DNA of 28,100 bases from positions 1 to 28,100 of IMG/VR virus record IMGVR_UViG_3300020045_007027; one strand, given 5' to 3'. The DNA comes from a virus (lineage: Duplodnaviria > Caudoviricetes). A program made the translations under genes and the position numbers. Below are positions 17,251 to 25,156 of the stretch, in pieces. Each line of letters opens with the position of its first letter. Positions within the stretch are counted from its first letter, which is position 1. The notes beneath the pieces were generated by a model. The model made no database searches and was not told the origin of the DNA. It worked only from the letters and a program-made list of their open reading frames with translations.

Positions 17251-17853
17251 TTAGTTAAATTCCTTTATCTTTAAATCGTATTTTTGTTTGATTTCGATTA
17301 GCTCGGATTTTGAAAATTTGTATTGACGTTTAATAATACTGTCGGCTTCGAGTTGTTCGACAAAATCCTTACCGTATCTTTCGGCTAATCCAATTCTATA
17401 TTCTGCCTGAGCGCCATCCCGATATTTGTTACAGTAGGCGTTGCATTGCTTATTACAGTTCCTTTCGTCGAAAATCAATCCTGAGTATATTTCCGCCTTG
17501 AAATAATGACCGCCAGCATACTCAACATCTTTTGTAGTTCCACATGAAATACAAGGCAAATTTTCATCACGAAGCCTAACCCATTTCTGAAATGATTTTT
17601 TAGCTTCTGCCTCGTAGTCTGAAAGTGTTTTAACTTTCTCTTTCAGCACTTTCTTCTGTTCCTTCCAATTGGATTTGTTCAGTGCGTTCTTTTGCGTTGC
17701 ATAATCAATTTCACCTCTTTCATCATTAAACCACCACGAAACTTTACAGCTATCACATAAACCGTGTTCCCGATAAAGAGTTTCAATTCCGCAACCTTCA
17801 AAACCATAAGCCTTGCCAATTCCTTTACATTTTTTTGGTTTCTTTTCAATCAT
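17251..17853 (-). CDS. ninG: NinG/Rap-family recombination endonuclease
   Basis: VRLRD...CISCG...GGHY...FDERNCNKQC..CN motifs. Confidence 0.88.
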   Translation of the reverse strand: MIEKKPKKCKGIGKAYGFEGCGIETLYREHGLCDSCKVSWWFNDERGEIDYATQKNALNKSNWKEQKKVLKEKVKTLSDYEAEAKKSFQKWVRLRDENLPCISCGTTKDVEYAGGHYFKAEIYSGLIFDERNCNKQCNAYCNKYRDGAQAEYRIGLAERYGKDFVEQLEADSIIKRQYKFSKSELIEIKQKYDLKIKEFN

Positions 17854-17880
17854 TGTTTAGGTAGATTTGTTGTTTCGCGA

Positions 17881-18246
17881 TTAAAGAGTATATTTTTCAA
17901 AACCTTCACAATGTTTTGGCATTGGTTCTTGGTCTTCAAAAGTTTCGGGATGTTTTTCAAGTAGATTTTTTCTTTCGGCTGTAATAGAATATACCTTTTT
18001 ATCAAATTTTGTACATCTGTAAAAGTTTGGGTGTTGTATATGCATTGTTTCAAATTCTCCACCAGCCACATAATGCCGTTCTTCATCCTCTCCTCTGCAA
18101 CTTTCTAAAAATTTACATTCGTTACACGGTCGGTAGTTAACTGGATTATGATGGCAGAATTTCTCGTGCTTATCCATTGCGTGTTTGACTTGAAGTTTCT
18201 TTTTGCAGAAATCGCATTTATAAATAATTATATTCTTGCTAGTCAT
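17881..18246 (-). CDS. Cys-rich putative zinc-binding protein
   Basis: CDFC..H...C, CNEC..C. Start more likely at 18246 than 18270. Confidence 0.65.
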   Translation of the reverse strand: MTSKNIIIYKCDFCKKKLQVKHAMDKHEKFCHHNPVNYRPCNECKFLESCRGEDEERHYVAGGEFETMHIQHPNFYRCTKFDKKVYSITAERKNLLEKHPETFEDQEPMPKHCEGFEKYTL

Positions 18247-18366
18247 AATTTTTAAGTTAGTATTAAACAAAAAGCACCTTTAGTGCTGTAAGTGAGTTGT
18301 GTTGTTTTAAATTCCTTCAGTATCTAAATCGAAGGTTGTGCATAGTAGTTTAAAGTTTCTGCCTTT

Positions 18367-18702
18367 TCACGGATTTGTATTTTCCGACTTAGTACCTAAA
18401 AGCTGAATATCAAAAACATTAATTCCGTTTGTTACCTGAGCATCGCCACTTTGGTCAATCCAAGCACGGTTATTTACTTTACCTTCAATATAAATGTTAT
18501 CGCCTTTTTTGATGTACTGAGCAATTGAGGTGTTATTCCCCCACCTTGCACACTCAAACCAAACGGTTTTATCTACTTTTTCGCCTTGTGCGTTTTTGTA
18601 GCTTTCATCAACCGCTACTGAAAAATTGATAACTTGATTTCCGCCTAAATCTTTGATTTCTGCATCTGCGCCAACGCGCCCTAAAATTGTGATTCTTTGC
18701 AT
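18367..18702 (-). CDS. ssb: Single-stranded DNA-binding protein (short, no acidic tail)
   Basis: ILGRVGADAE...FSVAV...TVWF...YIKKGD.IYIEG OB-fold signature. Confidence 0.92.
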   Translation of the reverse strand: MQRITILGRVGADAEIKDLGGNQVINFSVAVDESYKNAQGEKVDKTVWFECARWGNNTSIAQYIKKGDNIYIEGKVNNRAWIDQSGDAQVTNGINVFDIQLLGTKSENTNP

Positions 18703-18720
18703 TTTGTTTATTTTTTATTA

Positions 18721-19656
18721 TTAAGCTGATTCAATAACTACCTCTAAACGTTCAGCAACTTGCTGCGAAAGTTTATTTAGATATTCACGACATTTTTTGA
18801 TTTGGTTAATTACCATTTCAACACGGGTTTCATCGAATGAATGATGAAAGACTTTCACACGTAGACTTTCAGGAACTGGTCGGAAACCATCAAACCAAGC
18901 AATTGGGAAATTCACATTGTTATTGCAAAATTCCTCCAATCCTTCAGATGTATAAATCATCGATTGAATAAGTTCAACTACTAAAGACTGTCTTTCAGGT
19001 CTTACTTCTCCATCTTGGGTCAAAACGTTTTCCTTCCAGTCTAACCGCCTTATTTCATCAATAATTGATTTGTGAGGTGTATCGATAAGGCAATAAATCA
19101 ATTCAGATTTTTGCAATCCAGTCAACCACTCATAACCAAATAACTGCCAATCATAAATATCATTAGTAATTTTAGTTTCATAAAACGGAAACGTTTCGTA
19201 ATCCCAACTTGATTTTATATCACGGACTTTCACATTTTTGTTGTCAGGTTCGCCAGTAATATACTCGTTGTTAAAACGCTCTTTATTTTTGTAAAATGGT
19301 ACGCCACTAACAGATGAATAAAGAGTAAGTGATTTTTCCTCAACCTGAATACCTTTGTCGCAATATTTATTTCTAAGTTCACTTGTGCGCTTAAATAAAT
19401 GCTCTTTGTGAATTTTTTCCAAATAAGTAATTACTGTTTTTGAAAGTTCATCAGTTGCATCAAGTTTTTCTAAAAAACCCGCAAGGGTAATCGTCTGATT
19501 TTTGGTAATTTTACCAGTAATTCGCAACCCGTTTAGTCTGTGCATTTCCAAAGTTTGCTTTTCGGTAAGCTTCGGCTTTACGCCAGTCATTATCTTACCT
19601 AAAGAACTACATCTAAAAAGGTAGTTGTCAAAGTTTAAACTATTTTGATTTTCCAT
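18721..19656 (-). CDS. PD-(D/E)xK exonuclease (YqaJ/lambda-Exo-like), partner of RecT
   Basis: FRCSSLGKIM...KGIQVEE...TGEPD...DIKSSW...YDWQLFGY motifs. Confidence 0.8.
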   Translation of the reverse strand: MENQNSLNFDNYLFRCSSLGKIMTGVKPKLTEKQTLEMHRLNGLRITGKITKNQTITLAGFLEKLDATDELSKTVITYLEKIHKEHLFKRTSELRNKYCDKGIQVEEKSLTLYSSVSGVPFYKNKERFNNEYITGEPDNKNVKVRDIKSSWDYETFPFYETKITNDIYDWQLFGYEWLTGLQKSELIYCLIDTPHKSIIDEIRRLDWKENVLTQDGEVRPERQSLVVELIQSMIYTSEGLEEFCNNNVNFPIAWFDGFRPVPESLRVKVFHHSFDETRVEMVINQIKKCREYLNKLSQQVAERLEVVIESA

Positions 19657-20569
19657 TTGTCTCAGATTTTTGATTTTCTGCCAATAGTATCAATTCATTT
19701 TCCCTATTATCAAAAGCACCTGAAAGACGGTCTAAAACATCAGAAGGAACTTCTTCTTTTAGTTTTTTAAGTTCTTCAAGGCTTTCGCATTGGTCAAGGT
19801 ATTGCATTGTGCGATTGTTCTCTTCCTCTTCCTGAGCGTCTTGAAGTGTTTCAGGTTCGTTGTCGATGTAAGTGTATTGCTCATTGTCTCCTACTACACT
19901 TTGATCGGCTAATTGCGCTTTCTGCATTTCAATTGATAAAGGAGCAAACCCACTATTCAAATGAAGTTTAACAACGGTTTTTTTAGCCATTTTCTCGAAA
20001 TCATCCTTCCATAGTCCTGAACCGTATTTTTTAAAAGTCTGAGAGTATTTTTTTGCGTGTTGGTTAATTTCTGCAATATCCAAGTAGTAAACATTCTCAA
20101 AGCCGTTTAATAGCTGAAAATATGAAGCGTAACCGATAACCGTATTAGATGTTTTTGCTTTCCAGTCAAAGTGAAATCCTTTAAAGGAATCGTCTTCTAC
20201 CAACTGACCTTCATAAACTGGTTTAACATCCAAGCTTCGATATTGATTTGAATTTATAGCCAATTGCCTAAATCCCTTGTAACCGATTTGAAACTGTGCT
20301 ACACTTCCATAAGGTATGATATAGGCAAAACCCAAATTATTATTTATCGGCAGTCCTAAACTCGTTGCCGTTAAACACGCATTAAAAAGACTTGCAGGAT
20401 CACAAGCTGAAAGTTTAGCATCTGAATTGAATAGTGATAATGCGGAAGTGACAAACTGTGTGCTTCTGTCTTTTAAAACTTCTTGAATCCTTTGCTTAAT
20501 AGCGGGGCTGTCTAACAACTGTGAAAATCCCTTTTTCGGTGAAGCAGTTGTAATTTCTGTTGTACTCAT
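19640..20569 (-). CDS. recT: RecT-family single-strand annealing protein
   Basis: LGL...LGFAYIIPY...AQFQIGYKG..QLA...W..DFEKMAKKTV. Confidence 0.92.
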   Translation of the reverse strand: MSTTEITTASPKKGFSQLLDSPAIKQRIQEVLKDRSTQFVTSALSLFNSDAKLSACDPASLFNACLTATSLGLPINNNLGFAYIIPYGSVAQFQIGYKGFRQLAINSNQYRSLDVKPVYEGQLVEDDSFKGFHFDWKAKTSNTVIGYASYFQLLNGFENVYYLDIAEINQHAKKYSQTFKKYGSGLWKDDFEKMAKKTVVKLHLNSGFAPLSIEMQKAQLADQSVVGDNEQYTYIDNEPETLQDAQEEEENNRTMQYLDQCESLEELKKLKEEVPSDVLDRLSGAFDNRENELILLAENQKSETNGKSK

Positions 20570-20601
20570 TTTGTTTTAATTTGAAAGTTGATGTTTAAAG
20601 A

Positions 20602-20742
20602 CTAATTACTCTTATTTTCCGAAAAATCATATTCCTTAATGAAATTAGATAAAGCGTTTTTCTCATTCGGACTAAGCTCATTAAAAAACTTTCCGTTAAC
20701 AGACCATTTTCCGTCTATATTTTCGATTATTAGTTTTTCCAT
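20602..20742 (-). CDS. Small hypothetical protein, 46 aa (MEKLIIENIDGKWSVNGK...)
   Basis: Translated manually; tiles the operon. Confidence 0.6.
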   Translation of the reverse strand: MEKLIIENIDGKWSVNGKFFNELSPNEKNALSNFIKEYDFSENKSN

Positions 20743-20744
20743 AA

Positions 20745-20861
20745 TTACAATAAATTTAAAGCGACCAATAAAACCGCTATGATTAATAATAATGCTATTA
20801 CAAAGCCGAAAAGTATTTTAGCTAACAAAGTATTGTTTCTTAGCTTTTCTTCAATTGTCAT
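20745..20861 (-). CDS. Small single-TM peptide, 38 aa
   Basis: Translated manually: MTIEEKLRNNTLLAKILFGFVIALLLIIAVLLVALNLL. Confidence 0.55.
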   Translation of the reverse strand: MTIEEKLRNNTLLAKILFGFVIALLLIIAVLLVALNLL

Positions 20862-20881
20862 GTTTTTAAAGTTGAATAGCT

Positions 20882-21046
20882 TCATAATAATTCGCTTTTT
20901 AGTTCTTCAATCTTAATGTCTACTTTTTCTAATCTTTCGCTGAGGGCTAAATAAACCCCTAACCTGATTAAAGGATTATTCATTTGTTCAAGTGTCTTTT
21001 TCTTCAACTCTTGGTAATCTTCTAAGGTTTTAGGTTCTGCTGTCAT
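20882..21046 (-). CDS. Small helical protein, 54 aa
   Basis: Translated manually; ATGA-coupled to the upstream ORF. Confidence 0.55.
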   Translation of the reverse strand: MTAEPKTLEDYQELKKKTLEQMNNPLIRLGVYLALSERLEKVDIKIEELKSELL

Positions 21047-21219
21047 AGTCTGCTTTTTAAAAGATTTTTAAGATACATTCCGATAAAAATGATGTGTAAC
21101 ATAGCAACTGGAATAAGCCACCATCTAAAATGTTCTTCATATAATTTATATGAACAATAAAGACCTATACAAGCATTTCCAATAAAGAACAGACTTGTAA
21201 ATATTTCAATTTTTCTCAT
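21043..21219 (-). CDS. Small 2-TM protein, 58 aa
   Basis: Translated manually: MRKIEIFTSLFFIGNACIGLYC... Confidence 0.55.
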   Translation of the reverse strand: MRKIEIFTSLFFIGNACIGLYCSYKLYEEHFRWWLIPVAMLHIIFIGMYLKNLLKSRL

Positions 21220-21358
21220 AACTTATTAATTTTGAAACGTTAGTAATTAAAGTAACTGAACCCGATTTAGAATAATCAGTATTTGGTATTGGCTTTTGAA
21301 AAGCAGGGTCGTGAATTAATTCTTTTGCCCTTTTTAGGATTTGGTTATAGCGTGTCAT
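21206..21358 (-). CDS. Small hypothetical protein, 50 aa
   Basis: Translated manually: MTRYNQILKRAKELIHDP... Confidence 0.5.
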   Translation of the reverse strand: MTRYNQILKRAKELIHDPAFQKPIPNTDYSKSGSVTLITNVSKLISYEKN

Positions 21359-21362
21359 AATC

Positions 21363-21524
21363 TCAAAGTTTAATTAGAGTAATGCAAAAACATATCGCTA
21401 ATATGATTATCCACCCGCTTTTTTTATTAAGGTCAACAATCTTGATTTCCCGCTTATAATCGATAATTATCAGGATAAAAAATATCCCGACAATGTTTAA
21501 AAAAATGTCGAATGCTTCTTTCAT
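21363..21524 (-). CDS. Small 2-TM protein, 53 aa
   Basis: Translated manually: MKEAFDIFLNIVGIFFILIII... Confidence 0.55.
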   Translation of the reverse strand: MKEAFDIFLNIVGIFFILIIIDYKREIKIVDLNKKSGWIIILAICFCITLIKL

Positions 21525-21571
21525 CTTATTTATTTTTTATTCCCCTACTTAAAGGGAGTTAATGATTGGGT

Positions 21572-21772
21572 TTAGTGAATGTTGTTATAAGTTTCAACAG
21601 CTACAAATGGCTGAATAGTTTCTTTTACCATTACGCCTTTATGCCAAACTTCATAACTACCACGTAAAGTGCAATAAAGCTGCTTATTCTCTTTTGAAGA
21701 ACTTGCGAAAGTCACTTTTTGCTCTTGCTGAAATTCAAATAGTTCAGATAATTCAATCGTATGTGTTGCCAT
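21572..21772 (-). CDS. Hypothetical protein
   Basis: Likely start MATHTIEL at 21772. Confidence 0.65.
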   Translation of the reverse strand: MATHTIELSELFEFQQEQKVTFASSSKENKQLYCTLRGSYEVWHKGVMVKETIQPFVAVETYNNIH

Positions 21773-21797
21773 AATTTTATATTTTAGATTTGATAGG

Positions 21798-22079
21798 TTA
21801 GAGTTCTCTAATGAATTCATCCCACTTAAAAGGATTTTCTAATATGTCATTCATATTTTTATTGTCGGGAAATAATTTTAAATTTCCGCTTTGATAAGGA
21901 ACAGAAAAACCTCTTTGTATTGCTCCGAACTGACTTATAAAAACAGTATCGATAACTTCTGAGCTTTCATTTACTTTTAAAACCAATTCATAAATACCTG
22001 TTGCTCTATGTTTAAAAACACCGATAACATCATTTTTAAGGAGGTTTAATCCAGCCTGAGCTAAATGTATATTTTCCAT
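21798..22079 (-). CDS. Hypothetical protein
   Basis: 93-aa ORF in operon. Confidence 0.65.
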   Translation of the reverse strand: MENIHLAQAGLNLLKNDVIGVFKHRATGIYELVLKVNESSEVIDTVFISQFGAIQRGFSVPYQSGNLKLFPDNKNMNDILENPFKWDEFIREL

Positions 22080-22081
22080 AA

Positions 22082-22357
22082 CTATACTTTTAAAATGTCA
22101 TTTAATTGATTTATGTACTGAGTAAGATGTTCGGGTAATTCGGAAACTACTTTTTTGATTCCGACCCGATAGGCTTTATTCTGACGCTCCAATGATGCAA
22201 TGTATTCTGAAATAGCATTCGGAACTTCATTTTCTGAACAATATTCATCGTATCGTTCCTCTGTATTAGGGTCTTTAAACATTAAATAATCATCTGTTGG
22301 GTCTCCAGTTCCGTGAAGTAGCTTTTTAGGCTTTGAGTATGGTTTAAATTGTGTCAT
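22082..22357 (-). CDS. Hypothetical protein
   Basis: 91-aa ORF in operon. Confidence 0.65.
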   Translation of the reverse strand: MTQFKPYSKPKKLLHGTGDPTDDYLMFKDPNTEERYDEYCSENEVPNAISEYIASLERQNKAYRVGIKKVVSELPEHLTQYINQLNDILKV

Positions 22358-22359
22358 GG

Positions 22360-22716
22360 CTATTGTTTTTGTTGGTTATACCATTTTATGAATTCAACAC
22401 AAGCGTTATAAACCGCTTCGATTTTATTCTTATGAATTACTTCGGGAATAACTAAATTTGTTATGCCTTTAGGCTCTGCTTTATGAATACCTACCCAAGT
22501 ACCATAATCGGGATGGCTGTCAATTGCAAAAGCAAATTCATTCAAACTATCTATCTTTTCAACTACTGGCATTAACCAATTCCAACCTGTATGGAACGAA
22601 AACTCTTTTTCGCTATATCCCTTAAATTGACCATTCAAAAACCATTTGCCGTACGTGTCTTTATCGAAGCCCATAAACTCTGCAATCAATTTGTTATTTT
22701 CAATAATATTTTCCAT
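22360..22716 (-). CDS. Conserved phage protein (NinX/ABA-sandwich-like)
   Basis: NNKLIAEFMG...FHTGWNWLMPVVEKI...AVYNACVEFIKWYN. Confidence 0.65.
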   Translation of the reverse strand: MENIIENNKLIAEFMGFDKDTYGKWFLNGQFKGYSEKEFSFHTGWNWLMPVVEKIDSLNEFAFAIDSHPDYGTWVGIHKAEPKGITNLVIPEVIHKNKIEAVYNACVEFIKWYNQQKQ

Positions 22717-22749
22717 CTTTGATTTTTATTTTAGCTCTAAAGCTGATTA

Positions 22750-22968
22750 TTAAATTGAAACGGGATAAACCTTGTCAGGATTCCAAAACCTGAAATTATA
22801 AGCATCGGGTTTTTGAACATCAATTAAGTGTATGTTTTCATTAGCGTATTTTTCCGCTTCATCGTAAGTGTTAAAAGTTTCTATAACTTCATCCCATCTA
22901 TTTAGAAAAACGGCTTGGTCTCCACTCATATAGCAGTAAAAAACACCTGATTTTGATTGTGATTTCAT
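22750..22968 (-). CDS. Hypothetical protein
   Basis: 72-aa ORF in operon. Confidence 0.65.
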   Translation of the reverse strand: MKSQSKSGVFYCYMSGDQAVFLNRWDEVIETFNTYDEAEKYANENIHLIDVQKPDAYNFRFWNPDKVYPVSI

Positions 22969-23007
22969 ATTTATTTTTTTAGTTAAACATTACTCTTATA
23001 GGATTAC

Positions 23008-23148
23008 TTAACGTAATTCCTTTTCAACTATCTTTTCAATAGCCTTTATACATTCGTTTTCCCTTTTTGCAGGGATCCAACGGATAAGCTTTTTAGTTTC
23101 TATTCCGTCTTTATACTTTTTAGGTTTCCCTACTTTTTTATTTGCCAT
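23008..23148 (-). CDS. Small basic putative DNA-binding regulator (RHH-like), first gene of the early operon
   Basis: True start likely ATG 23148: MANKKVGKPKKYKDGIETKKLIRWIP... (46 aa). Confidence 0.55.
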   Translation of the reverse strand: MANKKVGKPKKYKDGIETKKLIRWIPAKRENECIKAIEKIVEKELR

Positions 23149-23168
23149 GCTGTTTAAATTTGAGTTAG

Positions 23169-23284
23169 TAGGGAGGGCGAGATTCGAACTTCGCAATACG
23201 CCATTACCTCGACAATATATCTCTATAAAGCCTCGACTTCGGATAAATATCCTTTCCAGTGTCTACCAATTCCACCACCTCCCT
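23169..23284 (-). ncRNA. tRNA-like RNA (Leu-type acceptor/D/T arms, non-canonical anticodon arm, 46-nt insert)
   Basis: Acceptor stem AGGGAGG/CCTCCCT plus discriminator A. D-arm TG-GTG-GAATTGGTAGA-CAC. T-arm GCGA(A)G-TTCGAAT-CTCGC. Confidence 0.75.
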
Positions 23285-23418
23285 GAATTAATAATTGTTG
23301 CGTTTAAAACAATCCAGAATCTTTTTAGGCTCAAGCTGGAAACCTGCGAAGGACTTAATTCCTATCCCTGCTTTTAATAGTCAGGACTGCTAAAATATTC
23401 TACTGCTTAATTGTTTGT

Positions 23419-23449
23419 CAAAGATATAAAAGTAATTTGAATTACCAAA
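23419..23449 (-). promoter_or_regulatory. Bacteroidota primary-sigma promoter driving the early operon
   Basis: TTTG-N19-TATCTTTG on the minus strand. Confidence 0.75.
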
Positions 23450-23539
23450 ACAATTTACATTTATTTTTAAATTATTTTCATAGTGTTGCAAATTTCAATC
23501 AATATCAAAGTGTTTTATTCGTAAATAATCGCATAATTG

Positions 23540-23569
23540 TTGTAACAATCAAATAATTTATTATATTTG
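23540..23569 (+). promoter_or_regulatory. Bacteroidota primary-sigma promoter driving the sigma-factor operon
   Basis: TTG-N19-TATATTTG, divergent from the early promoter. Confidence 0.7.
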
Positions 23570-23588
23570 AAATGAAAATAAACCCAAA

Positions 23589-24008
23589 ATGTTAGAGGAA
23601 CTCTGCAAAAAAGATGCTTACTGGCGTAAAATAGCCTACAATATTTGCAGGGATAGAATGATTGCCGACGATTTAGTACAGGATATGTATTTAAGAGTTG
23701 TAAAGTATGACGTGAAAGATACCAACGATTGGTTTATAGCAATAATAATACGCAATAGGTATCTTGAACTTTACAAAAGAGATAAGAAGCTAAAACCCAT
23801 AACAGATTTCGACAAACAAGTATCCGATAATCATTTTGAATTTGAGCATCCCGAAATAAAAAAATTGAAATGGTGGGAGAAAGAAGTATTAGAAAGAAGT
23901 TTAGACCAATCCTATCGGGAAATTGAAAAGGAAACAGGAATGTGTTACATGGATGTATTCAGAACCTTAAAAACCATAAAACAAAATGCCAAGAAAGAAG
24001 CAAGTTAA
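23589..24008 (+). CDS. ECF-type RNA polymerase sigma factor
   Basis: Region 2 (IAYNIC.D...ADDLVQDMYLR...IIRNRYL) and region 4 HTH (SYREIEKETG). Confidence 0.85.
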   Translation: MLEELCKKDAYWRKIAYNICRDRMIADDLVQDMYLRVVKYDVKDTNDWFIAIIIRNRYLELYKRDKKLKPITDFDKQVSDNHFEFEHPEIKKLKWWEKEVLERSLDQSYREIEKETGMCYMDVFRTLKTIKQNAKKEAS

Positions 24009-24444
24009 ACCAACTGTAAAATCAGTAGTAAAAGATTTCGGAATTAAACCAAGTATCGAACAAAAAATAACAATTAAAGACGGTGGTTTAGGTACAGATA
24101 TGGCAAACATATTTGAAAAGAGTGGATTAAAAAAGTTAGTTGAAATATTTACAGATGGTAAAGACTGCGGATGTGCTGACCGAGAAAAGAAACTAAACGA
24201 AATACTACCAAAGACCGTAACGGCAAGATGTTTTACTGAAGCGGAATATAAAGACTACGCCGAATTTCAAAAGCGTAAATCAATTGTAATGCCTTGGGCG
24301 GATGTTTTATATATTTGCGAACTATATCATAACATATTCCAATTAAAAGGAAATGTTTATTATCATTGCGCGGGCTGTTCTCCAAAGCCTATTATAAAAA
24401 GGATTGATTTGTTGGATAAAGTATTTGAGACTTATGGGAAATAA
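23986..24444 (+). CDS. Cys-motif hypothetical protein
   Basis: DCGC..R.KKLN and HCAGCS motifs; coupled to the sigma gene. Confidence 0.7.
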   Translation: MPRKKQVKPTVKSVVKDFGIKPSIEQKITIKDGGLGTDMANIFEKSGLKKLVEIFTDGKDCGCADREKKLNEILPKTVTARCFTEAEYKDYAEFQKRKSIVMPWADVLYICELYHNIFQLKGNVYYHCAGCSPKPIIKRIDLLDKVFETYGK

Positions 24445-24598
24445 AGATATTTTAATAGTAAGAACGCCAAATCAAATTGTAATATCAGACGATGTTGTTA
24501 AAAATATTGTAGATAAATTTGTTAATATTTATAATGTATTGGTTATTGGAGGCGAGAACGATACAGATAAAACTACTTTTGAAATAATTAAATATTAA
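24434..24598 (+). CDS. Small hypothetical protein
   Basis: Likely ATG at 24434 (MGNKDILIVRTP...). Confidence 0.55.
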   Translation: MGNKDILIVRTPNQIVISDDVVKNIVDKFVNIYNVLVIGGENDTDKTTFEIIKY

Positions 24599-24615
24599 TT
24601 GGCATAACATTTGCA
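24599..24615 (+). promoter_or_regulatory. Putative sigma-54 (-24/-12) promoter
   Basis: TTGGCATAACATTTGCA: GG-N10-GC, matches TGGCA-N6-TTGC. Confidence 0.55.
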
Positions 24616-24646
24616 ATACATAACCAAACTTTAAAACTAAAACAAA

Positions 24647-24931
24647 ATGAAAACAACAAACCCATTTATTTTAATAGAGCGAATCATTATACTTTTTGTA
24701 TTGACAACTCTATTGTTCAGTTGCTCAGCTAACAAAACAGAAACGCTTCCATCTGACTGCAACTGCGAAGTAGGACATTATCTTTACGTTCCAAACGTAG
24801 GACATCCGGGCGGAACATATCAATTGCAATATGCAGAGCCGATTGATTTTGACTGCATCAATGAACAAAGCGGAGTTTACTATCCGGTAAGTAATGTTAA
24901 TTATAACTATGATAAAGTAACCTGCGAATAA
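24647..24931 (+). CDS. Lipoprotein
   Basis: Hydrophobic signal with LFSC lipobox; four further Cys. Confidence 0.75.
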   Translation: MKTTNPFILIERIIILFVLTTLLFSCSANKTETLPSDCNCEVGHYLYVPNVGHPGGTYQLQYAEPIDFDCINEQSGVYYPVSNVNYNYDKVTCE

Positions 24932-25074
24932 TGGAAACGCCCTTATTAGATAAAGTACAAAAAGAAATAATAGAAATAGTCAAAGCAAACGATCTAAAAG
25001 AATTGAATGTTGATTATAATTCAGAAAGATTGTTAGTTGATATAAACTACAATAATAAAGTAACTTGTGAGTAA
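24931..25074 (+). CDS. Small hypothetical protein, 47 aa (METPLLDKVQ...NYNNKVTCE)
   Basis: Translated manually; TAATG-coupled to the lipoprotein. Confidence 0.55.
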   Translation: METPLLDKVQKEIIEIVKANDLKELNVDYNSERLLVDINYNNKVTCE

Positions 25075-25156
25075 AAAACAAACACGCTAATTGCAAGTGT
25101 TGGGATTGTTTGAAATATCGATTAAGTAAAACAATCCCGAACGGCTGATTTTAATT

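Noticed and set aside
17850-18086. 78-aa same-strand overlapping ORF
   Set aside because: Alternate frame within the Cys-rich gene 17881-18246, which has the convincing motifs.
23169-23284. Functional tRNA-Leu, tmRNA or intron-containing tRNA
   Set aside because: No canonical anticodon loop. Too short for tmRNA or a group I intron, and no tag ORF or G3:U70 pair.
23147-23377. 76-aa plus-strand ORF and the 5' extension of ORF 23008-23196
   Set aside because: Both overlap the tRNA-like RNA; better explained as incidental frames.
25102-25138. GGGATTGTTT...AAACAATCCC inverted repeat upstream of terS
   Set aside because: Real 10-bp stem, but with a long loop and no adjacent U-tract; cannot be assigned as terminator or pac site from sequence alone.
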